Shown here in pieces: positions 27,216 through 36,737 of a stretch of 63,833 bases of DNA (the first letter of the stretch is position 1; each line of letters begins with the position of its first letter). Under the pieces are notes generated by a model. It saw nothing but the letters and a program-made list of their open reading frames with translations. It had not been told where the DNA came from and did not search any database. Source of the DNA: Candidatus Pacearchaeota archaeon (GTDB lineage: Archaea > Nanobdellota > Nanobdellia > Pacearchaeales > GW2011-AR1); assembly GCA_018303995.1 (NCBI GenBank), contig JAGVXB010000012.1, forward strand, positions 1 through 63,833, given 5' to 3'. Both the position numbers and the translations under genes were made by a program.

Positions 27216-27745
27216 TGACTTACAGAGAAGAGTTGTTTAAAGCAATGGATGTTTTAGGACAAGATGAAAGAACAGTATTCTTAGGACAGTGTGTGGTTAA
27301 TTCAGGAACATTTATGTATCATACTCTTAAGAATATTCCTCTTAACAAAAGGTTAGAAATGCCTGTCTTTGAAGACACTCAAATGGGGATGTCAATAGGG
27401 CTTGCTCTTGCAGGATATGTTCCCGTTTCAGTATTTCCGAGAATGGATTTTTTAATTTGCGCAACTAATCAGATAGCCAATCATCTTGACAAATTTGTGG
27501 AAATGAGTGCAGGGCAGTTCAATCCAAGAGTCATTGTAAGAACTGCAGTTGGAAGTACTAATCCTCTTTTTCCAGGCCCACAACATTGTAATGATTATTG
27601 CGATGCATTAAGGCACAGCGTACGTAATATAGATATTGTTCAACTTAAACGTTCTGAAGAAATAGTTCCAGCATATAGAAAAGCACTTGATTCAAACAAA
27701 AGCACAGTTTTAGTAGAATATCCGGATTTATATGATTCTTCTTAA
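27215..27745 (+). CDS. miniature E1 beta-like / transketolase pyrimidine-binding-domain subunit (176 aa)
   Basis: MTYREELFKAMDVLGQDERTVFLGQ....FEDTQMGMSIGLALAGYVPV is a typical E1-beta N-terminal (Pyr) domain. No C-terminal transketolase-C domain is present. The start overlaps the alpha stop (TAATG). Confidence 0.6.
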   Translation: MTYREELFKAMDVLGQDERTVFLGQCVVNSGTFMYHTLKNIPLNKRLEMPVFEDTQMGMSIGLALAGYVPVSVFPRMDFLICATNQIANHLDKFVEMSAGQFNPRVIVRTAVGSTNPLFPGPQHCNDYCDALRHSVRNIDIVQLKRSEEIVPAYRKALDSNKSTVLVEYPDLYDSS

Positions 27746-28032
27746 GATAATTTTAATATGAACTTAATTAAACCAAAATACCCCAAGATCATTATAAGAC
27801 TTTTCATTGGATTTCCTTTGCGCAAAATGAATTAGGTTCTGAAAGAGAATCTTGTAGCAAGCTGAGGCTAGTAAGGGTTGGAAAGGCCCCAAACAGATTA
27901 AGGCGTTTTCTTTATGTTTTATTTCCTATTTTGTTCGATAAAGTTCATTTTGTCTATAAAATTGTCAAAAAATAGTAGCTTTATGAATCATAAAGAGGTT
28001 TTAAATACAACTTTTGTTGAATATAAACTGAT

Positions 28033-29601
28033 ATGCAAAAACAAAATTATACGAGCACAGAGAGAGCATTAAAACTTATTGTAAGGTCTTCAGTTATAGT
28101 TCTTACTACAGTAGTCTTGTCTAAGCTATTAACTTGGATTTATAGAGTATTAATTGCAAGATTTTATGGACCTGAAAGTTATGGTATATATTCTATTTTA
28201 ATAATGATACTTAGTCTCTTTGTAACTTTTGGATCACTAGGTTTCATTGATGGGCTTTTTAGATTTGTACCTAAGTACATCGGGGAAAATAAAAAGAGAT
28301 ATGCAAAATATTTAGTAAATTATTCGATATTTGCCTTAATAATTTCAGGGGTTATTTCCGCCATTTTACTTTACTTATTTTCCGATTACTTTGCAATTCA
28401 TCTATTTAAAGATATTAAATTTTCAAGATTACTGAAAATATTTAGTCCTTTAATTTTAGTATGGATGTTTTCAAATCTATTCTTAACACTTATTAATTCA
28501 TTCGAAAAAATAGGCTGGCACTCACTCCTTTCAGATGTCCTTTCAAACCTTTCAAGATTAATTATAATTATCTTTCTTATTCTAATAGGTTTCAGCAGAA
28601 ATGCCATATTTATTTCCTATGGATTATCTTTAATTATTTTATTTATTGCCTCATATTTTGTTTTTAGATATTTTTCATCACGTATTTTAATAGGTAAAAA
28701 AATACCTGAGAATGTAAAAAAAGAAATCAGAAAGGATTTTATTTCTTATTCGTGGCCCGTAATATTTTCAGGAAGCATAGGAAAATTAAACTTTTGGACA
28801 GATTCTCTTATTATCGGTTTTTTTCTAGCTCCGCTACAGGTCGGATTTTATAATGCTGCAGTTCCCATAGCATTATTACTCCATATAATTCCAGAATTAT
28901 TTTATCCCTTATTTCTTCCACTAATTACAAGGACTATTGCAAGTAAAAATAATTTAGTTGCTAGAGATATATCAAAACAGTTAGGAAAATGGATATTTAT
29001 GATCAATCTACCAATTTTCTTATTCCTTTTTATATTTCCAGGAGTTTTTATTAATTTTATCTTTGGTAAAGAGTTCTTAATAGCCGAATATTCTCTTAGG
29101 ATTCTTTCTGTAGGAGCATTCATATCTAGTTTTTTATATATGTCTCAAAGATTATTATTAGTTTATGGAAAATCGCAAGTCTTACTTATGAACTCAATTA
29201 TCGCATTTATATCAAATATTATCCTCAATATAATATTGGTTCCAAAATATGGAATAATGGGTGCCGCAATAGCGACATCCTCGGTTTGGATAGTTCTTGG
29301 GATTATTTTCACGATTCAGAGCTCAAAATTTACTTCAATAATTTCATTAAGGAGGAATATGATAACAATACTTCTCTTATCTATTATTCCATTAATAATA
29401 ATTCTTGTTTTGAGAAATTTAGTAGTCCCTAGTACTGTATCAATTATGCTAGGAGGCATATTATTTCTTGTAGTTTACGGAATCCTTATCTATTTGTTTG
29501 GATTAGATAAGAATGATATCTTAATTCTCAAGGCGATAAAGGCAAAAGTCATTTCATCTACACTAAAAAATAAATGCTTCAATGCCTATAATGAAAAATA
29601 A
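28033..29601 (+). CDS. MOP-superfamily polysaccharide flippase (Wzx-like)
   Basis: About 14 TM helices, 522 aa, glycan-locus context. Confidence 0.6.
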   Translation: MQKQNYTSTERALKLIVRSSVIVLTTVVLSKLLTWIYRVLIARFYGPESYGIYSILIMILSLFVTFGSLGFIDGLFRFVPKYIGENKKRYAKYLVNYSIFALIISGVISAILLYLFSDYFAIHLFKDIKFSRLLKIFSPLILVWMFSNLFLTLINSFEKIGWHSLLSDVLSNLSRLIIIIFLILIGFSRNAIFISYGLSLIILFIASYFVFRYFSSRILIGKKIPENVKKEIRKDFISYSWPVIFSGSIGKLNFWTDSLIIGFFLAPLQVGFYNAAVPIALLLHIIPELFYPLFLPLITRTIASKNNLVARDISKQLGKWIFMINLPIFLFLFIFPGVFINFIFGKEFLIAEYSLRILSVGAFISSFLYMSQRLLLVYGKSQVLLMNSIIAFISNIILNIILVPKYGIMGAAIATSSVWIVLGIIFTIQSSKFTSIISLRRNMITILLLSIIPLIIILVLRNLVVPSTVSIMLGGILFLVVYGILIYLFGLDKNDILILKAIKAKVISSTLKNKCFNAYNEK

Positions 29602-29703
29602 TTTATAATAATTTAAGCAATTTCTCCCAGAAATATTTTGTGTTTACGTGCCTCCATAAAACTCTATAAATGGATTTATAAGGTGCTTAATTATAAAAAC
29701 TAT

Positions 29704-30849
29704 ATGAGAATACTAGAAGTTTGCCCTTTTAGCGCAGGCATATGTGGAGTATGGTCTCGCGTAGAAGAAGAGGCTAAAGGTCTATCCGAACGAGACCATG
29801 AATTAATGATTTTTTCATCAAATAAAACAAAAGGCTCAGACGAAATAGCATCTAAAAATCAGAAAATTGGGAAAATATCTATTAAAAGATTTAGAACTTT
29901 TAAGCTTGGAGGAGAAAGCTTCATGTATTTTAGCTATCATAAAGAAGCTATAAGTTATAAACCAGACATAATTATTGCTCACAATTATCGCCATTTGCAT
30001 ACTCTGCTTGCGTTACGTGTTGCATATAATCTTCGTAAGCAAGGGCATACTTGTAAAGTATTTCTAGTAACACACGCACCATTTGTAGAAGGAAATATTA
30101 CACGCACATGGTGGCAATCGACTATTGTAAAGTTATATGATTGCATAATTGCCCCATTAACTCTTCCTTTATTTGATGCTATTCTTCCAATAGCTCTTTG
30201 GGAGATACCTTATCTGTGTAATATAGGCGCAAGAAAAAAACAATTAAAATACATTCCAAACGGTATTCCTGATATCTTTTTTACTCAAAAAAAATCTGCT
30301 GAAAAGAATCACATTATTTTTTTAGGCAGAATTTCTCCAAAGAAGAAATTAGATACTCTTATCAAAGCAGTAGCATCACTCAATCAAAATAATAAGACCT
30401 TTTTACACATTATTGGTCCACAAGAAAAAGAATATTTTGAAAGTTTAAAGAAACTTACTGCCTCTTTGCACATGGACAAATATATTAAATTCATACCTCC
30501 AGTTCATGGTCTGAAAGAAAAAATTAGAATATTAGATAATGCTAAAATGTTTGTTTTGCCCTCAAGAGTAGAAGGTATGCCTCAAGCACTCATCGAGGCA
30601 ATGGCTAGGGAAAAGATAGTTATTGGAAGCAATAGTATTGCAATTAGAGAACTTATCAAAGATAATCAAGATGGTTATCTATTTGAATTTGATAATCCTA
30701 CAGATCTTGCAAGAGTAATAAAAAAAGCAATAAATAAACCATCTTCGCAAATAAAAAAGGCGGCAAGAAAAAAAGTAGAATTATTTGCATGGGATAAGGT
30801 TATAACGCGCCTTGAGAAAGTATTAAATGTGGCATATAATAAGTATTAA
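29704..30849 (+). CDS. GT4-family (GT-B) glycosyltransferase
   Basis: MRILEVCPFSAG...; PSRVEGMPQALIEAMAREKIVIGS (E-x7-E block). The track start at 29638 is TTG. Confidence 0.7.
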   Translation: MRILEVCPFSAGICGVWSRVEEEAKGLSERDHELMIFSSNKTKGSDEIASKNQKIGKISIKRFRTFKLGGESFMYFSYHKEAISYKPDIIIAHNYRHLHTLLALRVAYNLRKQGHTCKVFLVTHAPFVEGNITRTWWQSTIVKLYDCIIAPLTLPLFDAILPIALWEIPYLCNIGARKKQLKYIPNGIPDIFFTQKKSAEKNHIIFLGRISPKKKLDTLIKAVASLNQNNKTFLHIIGPQEKEYFESLKKLTASLHMDKYIKFIPPVHGLKEKIRILDNAKMFVLPSRVEGMPQALIEAMAREKIVIGSNSIAIRELIKDNQDGYLFEFDNPTDLARVIKKAINKPSSQIKKAARKKVELFAWDKVITRLEKVLNVAYNKY

Positions 30850-30851
30850 AC

Positions 30852-32375
30852 ATGGATATATCTAAAGAAAAGATTAAAGTATGGTTAAAAGATAAACATA
30901 ATTTTACATTTATTCTTCTTATAATTGTTGCAATACTACTTAGGGGATATTATTTTTCAGTTACTGACAACCAGCCTTTATGGTGGGATGAAGCGGGTTA
31001 TATGGCTAGTGCCAAAGCATATGCTGGCATAGGTTCTTACGCATTAGAATCAATTCGTAGTTCAGGATTCTCAAGAACAATGTCTATTTTTTATTTAATT
31101 GGGATAGAGAATGAAGGAATAATCCGCTTCTTTGGATTACTTATACCTTCAATTATTCTTTTGATTTTAACTTATATTTTGCTTTCTAGAATGTATGAAG
31201 ATAGACGTATAGCCCTAATAGGAACTGCAATTATGGTTGTTTTGTGGGAGAATGTATTTTATAGCAATAGATTTCATACAGAAAATTTTGCCCTTATCTT
31301 TCAATATATTGCACTTATTGCTTTAATTGGATTATATAATTATAATTCAAAATTATCTAAAAGTTGGTCAATAGGAACAATAATTGTAAGTGTAATACTT
31401 ATGTTTTGGTATAGACCTGGAAATATAATTTTCATTCCGGCAGCAATAGCATTTATAGCGCTAATGCATGCACCAAAATTTACAAATACAAAAAATAAAA
31501 AAATAATTACAATTGCAAGCATATTAGCAATAATTGTCTTATTCTTTATATTATTAAATTCATTTGCAGAAAATCCACTAGTAGCAACTTACTATCATCC
31601 AGATTATCCAATTTCTTGGAATTCGCTTAATGTTTTCCTAGGATTTTTCAAGTCTCCTATTTCTTGGCTACCTTCGTTATTTTTTTACGCTTTTCTTATA
31701 GGTATATTTGGAGCATTATTTACAATATATCTTTATTTTCCCCAAATTTTAAAAGAGCCAAATCAACTACCTCATAATGTAAAAGGAGATATTCTCAATG
31801 TTTTGATTTTGCTAAGTGTAATGATAGGGTTTATTTTACTCATCAGACCAACGGCCTTTGAATACAGATGGTTCTTTCCATTACTTCCAGCATTATTGGG
31901 ATTCACAGCAAGTGGAGTTATAACCTTTTCAGATTGGTTTTCTCAAAAATTAGGTAAGAAAAATATTTCAATCTTTATAATATTTATAATAGTTATTTTA
32001 GGAATTTATACTCAAATTACCATAATTGACCCATTAGCTAAATCAAAGTCCACTTCATATGATCAGATAAAACAAGCAGGTATTTGGTTTAATGAAAATG
32101 TTCCAGCCGACGAGATTGTTCTCTCAACATCAACTCCTCAAATAGCTTATTATTCAGAGAGAGAAACAATTACTTATTCAAGTATGAGCTTAGAAGAGTT
32201 CGAGGATTTTTTATCTAATCATAAAAGTCAGTATCTTTTGGTTTCTGTGTTTGAAGGTAATCCTCCTTGGCTTATAGATTGGATTAACACAAACAAAGAC
32301 AGACTTACCCCACTCCAAGCTTACAATCTTAATGGACAAACAGCTGCAATAATTTATCTAGTTAAAACAACTTAA
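30852..32375 (+). CDS. GT-C fold membrane glycosyltransferase (ArnT/PMT, GT39/83-like)
   Basis: Polytopic membrane protein with a WWDEAGY acidic motif in the first loop and a C-terminal soluble domain. Confidence 0.5.
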   Translation: MDISKEKIKVWLKDKHNFTFILLIIVAILLRGYYFSVTDNQPLWWDEAGYMASAKAYAGIGSYALESIRSSGFSRTMSIFYLIGIENEGIIRFFGLLIPSIILLILTYILLSRMYEDRRIALIGTAIMVVLWENVFYSNRFHTENFALIFQYIALIALIGLYNYNSKLSKSWSIGTIIVSVILMFWYRPGNIIFIPAAIAFIALMHAPKFTNTKNKKIITIASILAIIVLFFILLNSFAENPLVATYYHPDYPISWNSLNVFLGFFKSPISWLPSLFFYAFLIGIFGALFTIYLYFPQILKEPNQLPHNVKGDILNVLILLSVMIGFILLIRPTAFEYRWFFPLLPALLGFTASGVITFSDWFSQKLGKKNISIFIIFIIVILGIYTQITIIDPLAKSKSTSYDQIKQAGIWFNENVPADEIVLSTSTPQIAYYSERETITYSSMSLEEFEDFLSNHKSQYLLVSVFEGNPPWLIDWINTNKDRLTPLQAYNLNGQTAAIIYLVKTT

Positions 32376-32445
32376 TTAATTGATATAAATCATATAACTT
32401 ACATACAATAAGTAACTTTTTAAATGGCTTTCTCAATGTAAAAAG

Positions 32446-33486
32446 ATGGTAAATATCTTAGTCACTGGAGGCGCTGGTTTTATTGGAAGTCATGTTGTAG
32501 ATATATTAATAGAAAGAGGACACAACGTAAAAGTTTTAGATGACTTATCGGGAGGATTTATTGAGAATGTAAATCAAAAAGCAGAATTTATCAAAGGATC
32601 TATTTTAGATAAGGCCCTTGTCGAGCAGACGGTTCAAGGAATTGATATAATTTACCATTTAGCTGCATATGCTGCAGAAGGACTTTCACATAACGTAAGA
32701 AAATTCAATTATACAAACAATTTGATAGGCTCGATTAATCTTATAAATGCGGCAATAAAAAATAAGATTAAAAGATTTGTTTTTACATCTTCCATTGCAG
32801 TCTATGGTACTAGTCATGGTAATCCTCCATTTAAAGAAGAAGACCTTAAACTTCCAGAAGATCCTTATGGGATAGCTAAATATGCTGTAGAACTAGATCT
32901 TGAGTCTGCTTATAAAAAATTTGGACTTGAATTTACAATTTTAAGACCTTACAACGTTTATGGTGAAAGGCAATTCATAGGAGATCCATATAGAAATGTC
33001 TTTGGTATATTTATGAATCGCATAATGCAATCAAAGAAACCTAAGATTTTTGGGGATGGCAATCAGAAAAGAGCATTTACTTATATCGGAGATGTTGCTC
33101 CTGCAATAGTCAACGCTGGTTTTTCAGAAGAAGCTAAAAATGAAATAATTAATATTGGCGGTGGCAAGGTTTATACTGTAAATGAAATTGCAGAAGAAAT
33201 TTTGCTAAGCATGAGTTCTAATTTAACTAAAGAATATATGCCTCCAAGATATGAAGTCAAACATGCGTGGTGTGACAATTCTAAAGCAACTAAAATGCTC
33301 GGATATGAAGATAAAACTTCTTTGAAAGAAGGAGTGTCAAAAATGGCTTTATGGGCAAAATCAAAAGGGCACATGAATCCTATTATATGGGAAGGTTACG
33401 AGTTAGATTCTAATTTGCCAGAGTTCTGGCAAAATCTGAACAAAGAATATCCAGAGTCTGGATTTAGGATTAGAATCGGTGATTAA
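32446..33486 (+). CDS. NAD-dependent nucleotide-sugar epimerase/dehydratase (SDR)
   Basis: VTGGAGFIGSH and YGIAKYAVE (YxxxK). Confidence 0.8.
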   Translation: MVNILVTGGAGFIGSHVVDILIERGHNVKVLDDLSGGFIENVNQKAEFIKGSILDKALVEQTVQGIDIIYHLAAYAAEGLSHNVRKFNYTNNLIGSINLINAAIKNKIKRFVFTSSIAVYGTSHGNPPFKEEDLKLPEDPYGIAKYAVELDLESAYKKFGLEFTILRPYNVYGERQFIGDPYRNVFGIFMNRIMQSKKPKIFGDGNQKRAFTYIGDVAPAIVNAGFSEEAKNEIINIGGGKVYTVNEIAEEILLSMSSNLTKEYMPPRYEVKHAWCDNSKATKMLGYEDKTSLKEGVSKMALWAKSKGHMNPIIWEGYELDSNLPEFWQNLNKEYPESGFRIRIGD

Positions 33487-34487
33487 CTAAAGACTTGGGA
33501 AAGCATCTTTTTAGACATAAGGGAATAATATATATTCAAAGCAGTTGATATGAACATCAAAATAGGATGCAACATCCACGCAATATCTCTATATTTGACA
33601 TATTTTTTTACGCTCACTGGAATATTAGGAAACAATAAAATATTCTTCAGACAGTAAAATAGGAACCTTTTCTTATCAATTATCCAATTAAAATCTTTTT
33701 TTTCTTTTATATATACTTTAGAATAATTTCTTGTCCATTTTACTCTTTTTTTAATAAACTCGTTAAAACTTTTAACATTTTTATGCCAGACTCTTGCATT
33801 TTCGACAAATGCAAATTTTTTATATCCTTTCATTGCTATTCTTGCTATAAACTCAACATCTTGTGCATAGTCTCCAACTTCTTTAACAATAGATCTTCTA
33901 AACATGAAACCATTGCTTCCCATACAATAAGGTTCATTTTTACTCAACTCTAAAACAAAATAACTCCCTTTTAGCATCTTTTTAATACCTTTATTAAATT
34001 CTAATTGGCCTTCTAATGACCTATAAACTGCAAAAGGGTCGACGCCAACATAACTAAGGTATCTATTTGTAGGACCATCAGATTTTGAGATGTATAATTT
34101 CGGAACGCTTGCAAATATTTCTTTGTCTTCTTCAAGTGGTTTAATCATTTTATTAATCCACTCAGAGTCCATAAATTCAATGTCAGACTCAGCAATTACA
34201 ACATATTTACCCTTAGATTTCCAAATTCCTTGGTCTTTCCCCATCCCAGCACCCTCTGCAAATCCTTTCGGATTATTATAAATCCTCACAAAATCAAATT
34301 TCTTACACTCTTCCAAAACCTTTGGATTGCTACCTCCATCTGTAATTATAAGTTCTATTCTTTCCTTAGGGTAATTTTGATTTTTAACCGAATTAATAAG
34401 TTTCATCACCCTAAAGTCTTTTTCTTTCATAGGGGTTACAAAACTTATTAATGGTTTTAAAAAACTATTTTCTTGCCTATTTACCAT
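33483..34487 (-). CDS. GT2-family glycosyltransferase
   Basis: SFVTPMKEKD...NQNYPKERIELIITDGGS and a following ESD (DxD-like) block. Confidence 0.65.
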   Translation of the reverse strand: MVNRQENSFLKPLISFVTPMKEKDFRVMKLINSVKNQNYPKERIELIITDGGSNPKVLEECKKFDFVRIYNNPKGFAEGAGMGKDQGIWKSKGKYVVIAESDIEFMDSEWINKMIKPLEEDKEIFASVPKLYISKSDGPTNRYLSYVGVDPFAVYRSLEGQLEFNKGIKKMLKGSYFVLELSKNEPYCMGSNGFMFRRSIVKEVGDYAQDVEFIARIAMKGYKKFAFVENARVWHKNVKSFNEFIKKRVKWTRNYSKVYIKEKKDFNWIIDKKRFLFYCLKNILLFPNIPVSVKKYVKYRDIAWMLHPILMFISTALNIYYSLMSKKMLSQVFS

Positions 34488-35383
34488 TAAACTCTAGAAA
34501 TTTTCCCATATATAAACCCAACGCCATAGCTTATATGTATTGTAAATAATACGGCTGGAAGCAGATGTAATGTACCAATATCTTTGTTTCGAATTGATTC
34601 ATAAAAACTGAAAAGAAGATTAAGAGCAACATATACCATTAAAGGCAAAACAAAATAAATATTTAAAATTGACAGTAATGGCAGAAACAATAAGTATAGC
34701 ACAAAAGTGCTTGGGATTAAAAACATAGGTTTTATTATCGTCGATTTTAATGGCTCTTTTTTATTACGAACCGCGCCATAACTAAACATTTGATAACTTA
34801 AATCCTTAAAACTCTCTCTACGTTTATGATAAACATAAATGCTAGATTCATATGCTACTTTAAATCCAGCAGTAATAGCATCAGAAATAAATTTAGGGTC
34901 TTCTCCAGGCCATAATTTCTCATCAAACATAACTTTCTTAAACACTTTTTTGCGACAAATAAGATTGGCGGAAGTAAGGTGTTTTTCATTTGCTTTTAAT
35001 ATTGAAGGCATACGAGAATAACGTGAACGTAAATCTGCTCCTCCAAACAAAGAACTCAATGCATAACCGCTTGCACGAGCAAAAGAGGACTCCCTTCTAT
35101 GAGTAAGCTGTGGTCCGCCGACTATATCTATTTCAGGATGTGCATCAAAGAATCGCTCCACTGCATCAACCCACTCTGCAGGAATTGTGCAATGGCTATT
35201 AGCAAAAGCAACAAATTCTGTATGCGCAGATTTTATTCCTTTATTTCTATTTAAAGAAGGATTTTCTCCTAATTCAACAAATATTTCTATTCTCTTATGC
35301 AATTTTTGTAGACTTTCTTCTACTTCAAAGGACCTCGCAGGACCAACAGGTATAACTAAAGTTATTCTTTTTTTTACTTTCAT
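34487..35383 (-). CDS. GT2-family glycosyltransferase with C-terminal TM helices
   Basis: LVIPVGP..., NRNKGI, and a GEDPKF block. The stop overlaps the next start (TAATG). Confidence 0.6.
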   Translation of the reverse strand: MKVKKRITLVIPVGPARSFEVEESLQKLHKRIEIFVELGENPSLNRNKGIKSAHTEFVAFANSHCTIPAEWVDAVERFFDAHPEIDIVGGPQLTHRRESSFARASGYALSSLFGGADLRSRYSRMPSILKANEKHLTSANLICRKKVFKKVMFDEKLWPGEDPKFISDAITAGFKVAYESSIYVYHKRRESFKDLSYQMFSYGAVRNKKEPLKSTIIKPMFLIPSTFVLYLLFLPLLSILNIYFVLPLMVYVALNLLFSFYESIRNKDIGTLHLLPAVLFTIHISYGVGFIYGKISRV

Positions 35384-35895
35384 TTTATCACCTCTAATTC
35401 ACATAGCACCTCTGCACAAGGTAAAATCCAGCATAAAAATCTTTCATAAATCCCAGGGTTAATATTAATAATAGGATTAACAAATTTATTAAGACTTGTG
35501 AAGCTTTGTCTTGTAAAGTTTAGTCTTCTTTTTATTATTTTGAACTTTGGTTGTACATACCAGCATTCATCAGTAAAGTAATCAAATGTAAAATAACTAA
35601 ACAATCTTTTATGAGTAGGATCTCTATAACTTACGCCACAGGAAAAGTGAGGAACTCGAATTACTACACGACCTTTAGGCTTAGAGATACGAGTTATTTC
35701 TTGCATAGTTTTCTGTAAGTCAGAAACATGTTCTAAAAAATGAGAACTATAAATCTCATCAAAAGTATTCGATGAAAATGGCCATGGAAATTTCTCAAGA
35801 TTATGAGTAACATCTATTCCTGGTTGTTTAACAAAATCTATATTTACATAATCTTTCTTAATATCATTTCCACATCCTATGTTAAGTTTTCTCAT
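35380..35895 (-). CDS. class I SAM-dependent methyltransferase
   Basis: LNIGCGNDIKKDYVNID and SSHFLEHV. Confidence 0.7.
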   Translation of the reverse strand: MRKLNIGCGNDIKKDYVNIDFVKQPGIDVTHNLEKFPWPFSSNTFDEIYSSHFLEHVSDLQKTMQEITRISKPKGRVVIRVPHFSCGVSYRDPTHKRLFSYFTFDYFTDECWYVQPKFKIIKRRLNFTRQSFTSLNKFVNPIININPGIYERFLCWILPCAEVLCELEVIK

Positions 35896-36667
35896 TTTTT
35901 AATAACCTTAGTAAAGAATCATAGAATCTAACAAATGATTTGAATGGAGAATTTATAATTCTTAATCTAATAATTCCCATAACCATAAAAGGCCCAGCAT
36001 TCCAAAAGTTAATTGTTGCATCTTTTTTATCAAACCATTGCGTTGGTACTGAAACTATTCTAAAACTATTCTTATGAGACTGATATAAAAGCTCCACATC
36101 AAAAGCCCATTGCGACATACTCAAAGAAGGTAATATCTTCTCAATTACTTTTCTTTTAAATATTTTAGCGCCGCATTGAGTGTCAGTATATGGCAACAAC
36201 ATAACGGCACGAACAACAAAATTAAACAATCGTTTAGCTATAAATCTTGCCAAGGTAGGTTTAGGGTGGATTGAAGCGCCCTTTGCATACCTCTCACCTA
36301 CCACACCATCACAATGTTCAAGTTTAGTAATAAGCTTGTAATATTCTGAAGCACTTGTAGCCGAATCAGCATCTACAAATCCAATATAATCATATTTCAT
36401 ATCAAGTACTTTTTTAAATCCCTCAACAACTGCATAACCTTTACCCCCTCGAACAAGATTTATATAATTAACAGATTTATGTTTTTTCATATGTTTTCTT
36501 ACAATAGCTTCAGTTCCATCAGTAGTGTTATTTATTACAATTAAAATATAGTGTTTCAGAACTCCTTTTTTATTTAGAACCTCAAAAAATTTAGAATAAG
36601 ATAAAAGGGTTGGACCAATCCTTCTTTCTTCATTATAGGCTGGAATAATAATCGCTATAGAGCGCAT
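35882..36667 (-). CDS. GT2 glycosyltransferase, dolichyl-phosphate hexose synthase-like
   Basis: IIIPAYNEERRIGPTL, FVDADSAT, QCGAKIF. Confidence 0.7.
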   Translation of the reverse strand: MRSIAIIIPAYNEERRIGPTLLSYSKFFEVLNKKGVLKHYILIVINNTTDGTEAIVRKHMKKHKSVNYINLVRGGKGYAVVEGFKKVLDMKYDYIGFVDADSATSASEYYKLITKLEHCDGVVGERYAKGASIHPKPTLARFIAKRLFNFVVRAVMLLPYTDTQCGAKIFKRKVIEKILPSLSMSQWAFDVELLYQSHKNSFRIVSVPTQWFDKKDATINFWNAGPFMVMGIIRLRIINSPFKSFVRFYDSLLRLLKNEKT

Positions 36668-36737
36668 AATATCTCTTAACAGGAAGGTCTTTTAAATATA
36701 TCCACATAATTATAAATCCTATTAATTAGGGTAGTGT

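Noticed and set aside
27820-27910. Moderately GC-rich patch (..GTAGCAAGCTGAGGCTAGTAAGGGTTGGAAAGGCCCCAAAC..) considered as a small RNA or C/D-box sRNA.
   Set aside because: There is no C box (RUGAUGA), only a lone CTGA, and no convincing stem. It is more likely residual sequence at the islet border.
21634-28032. Considered the higher-GC islet to be a prophage or integrative element.
   Set aside because: There is no integrase, no structural or replication genes, no flanking tRNA, and no direct repeats recognisable at the borders. It is better described as a horizontally acquired metabolic cassette.
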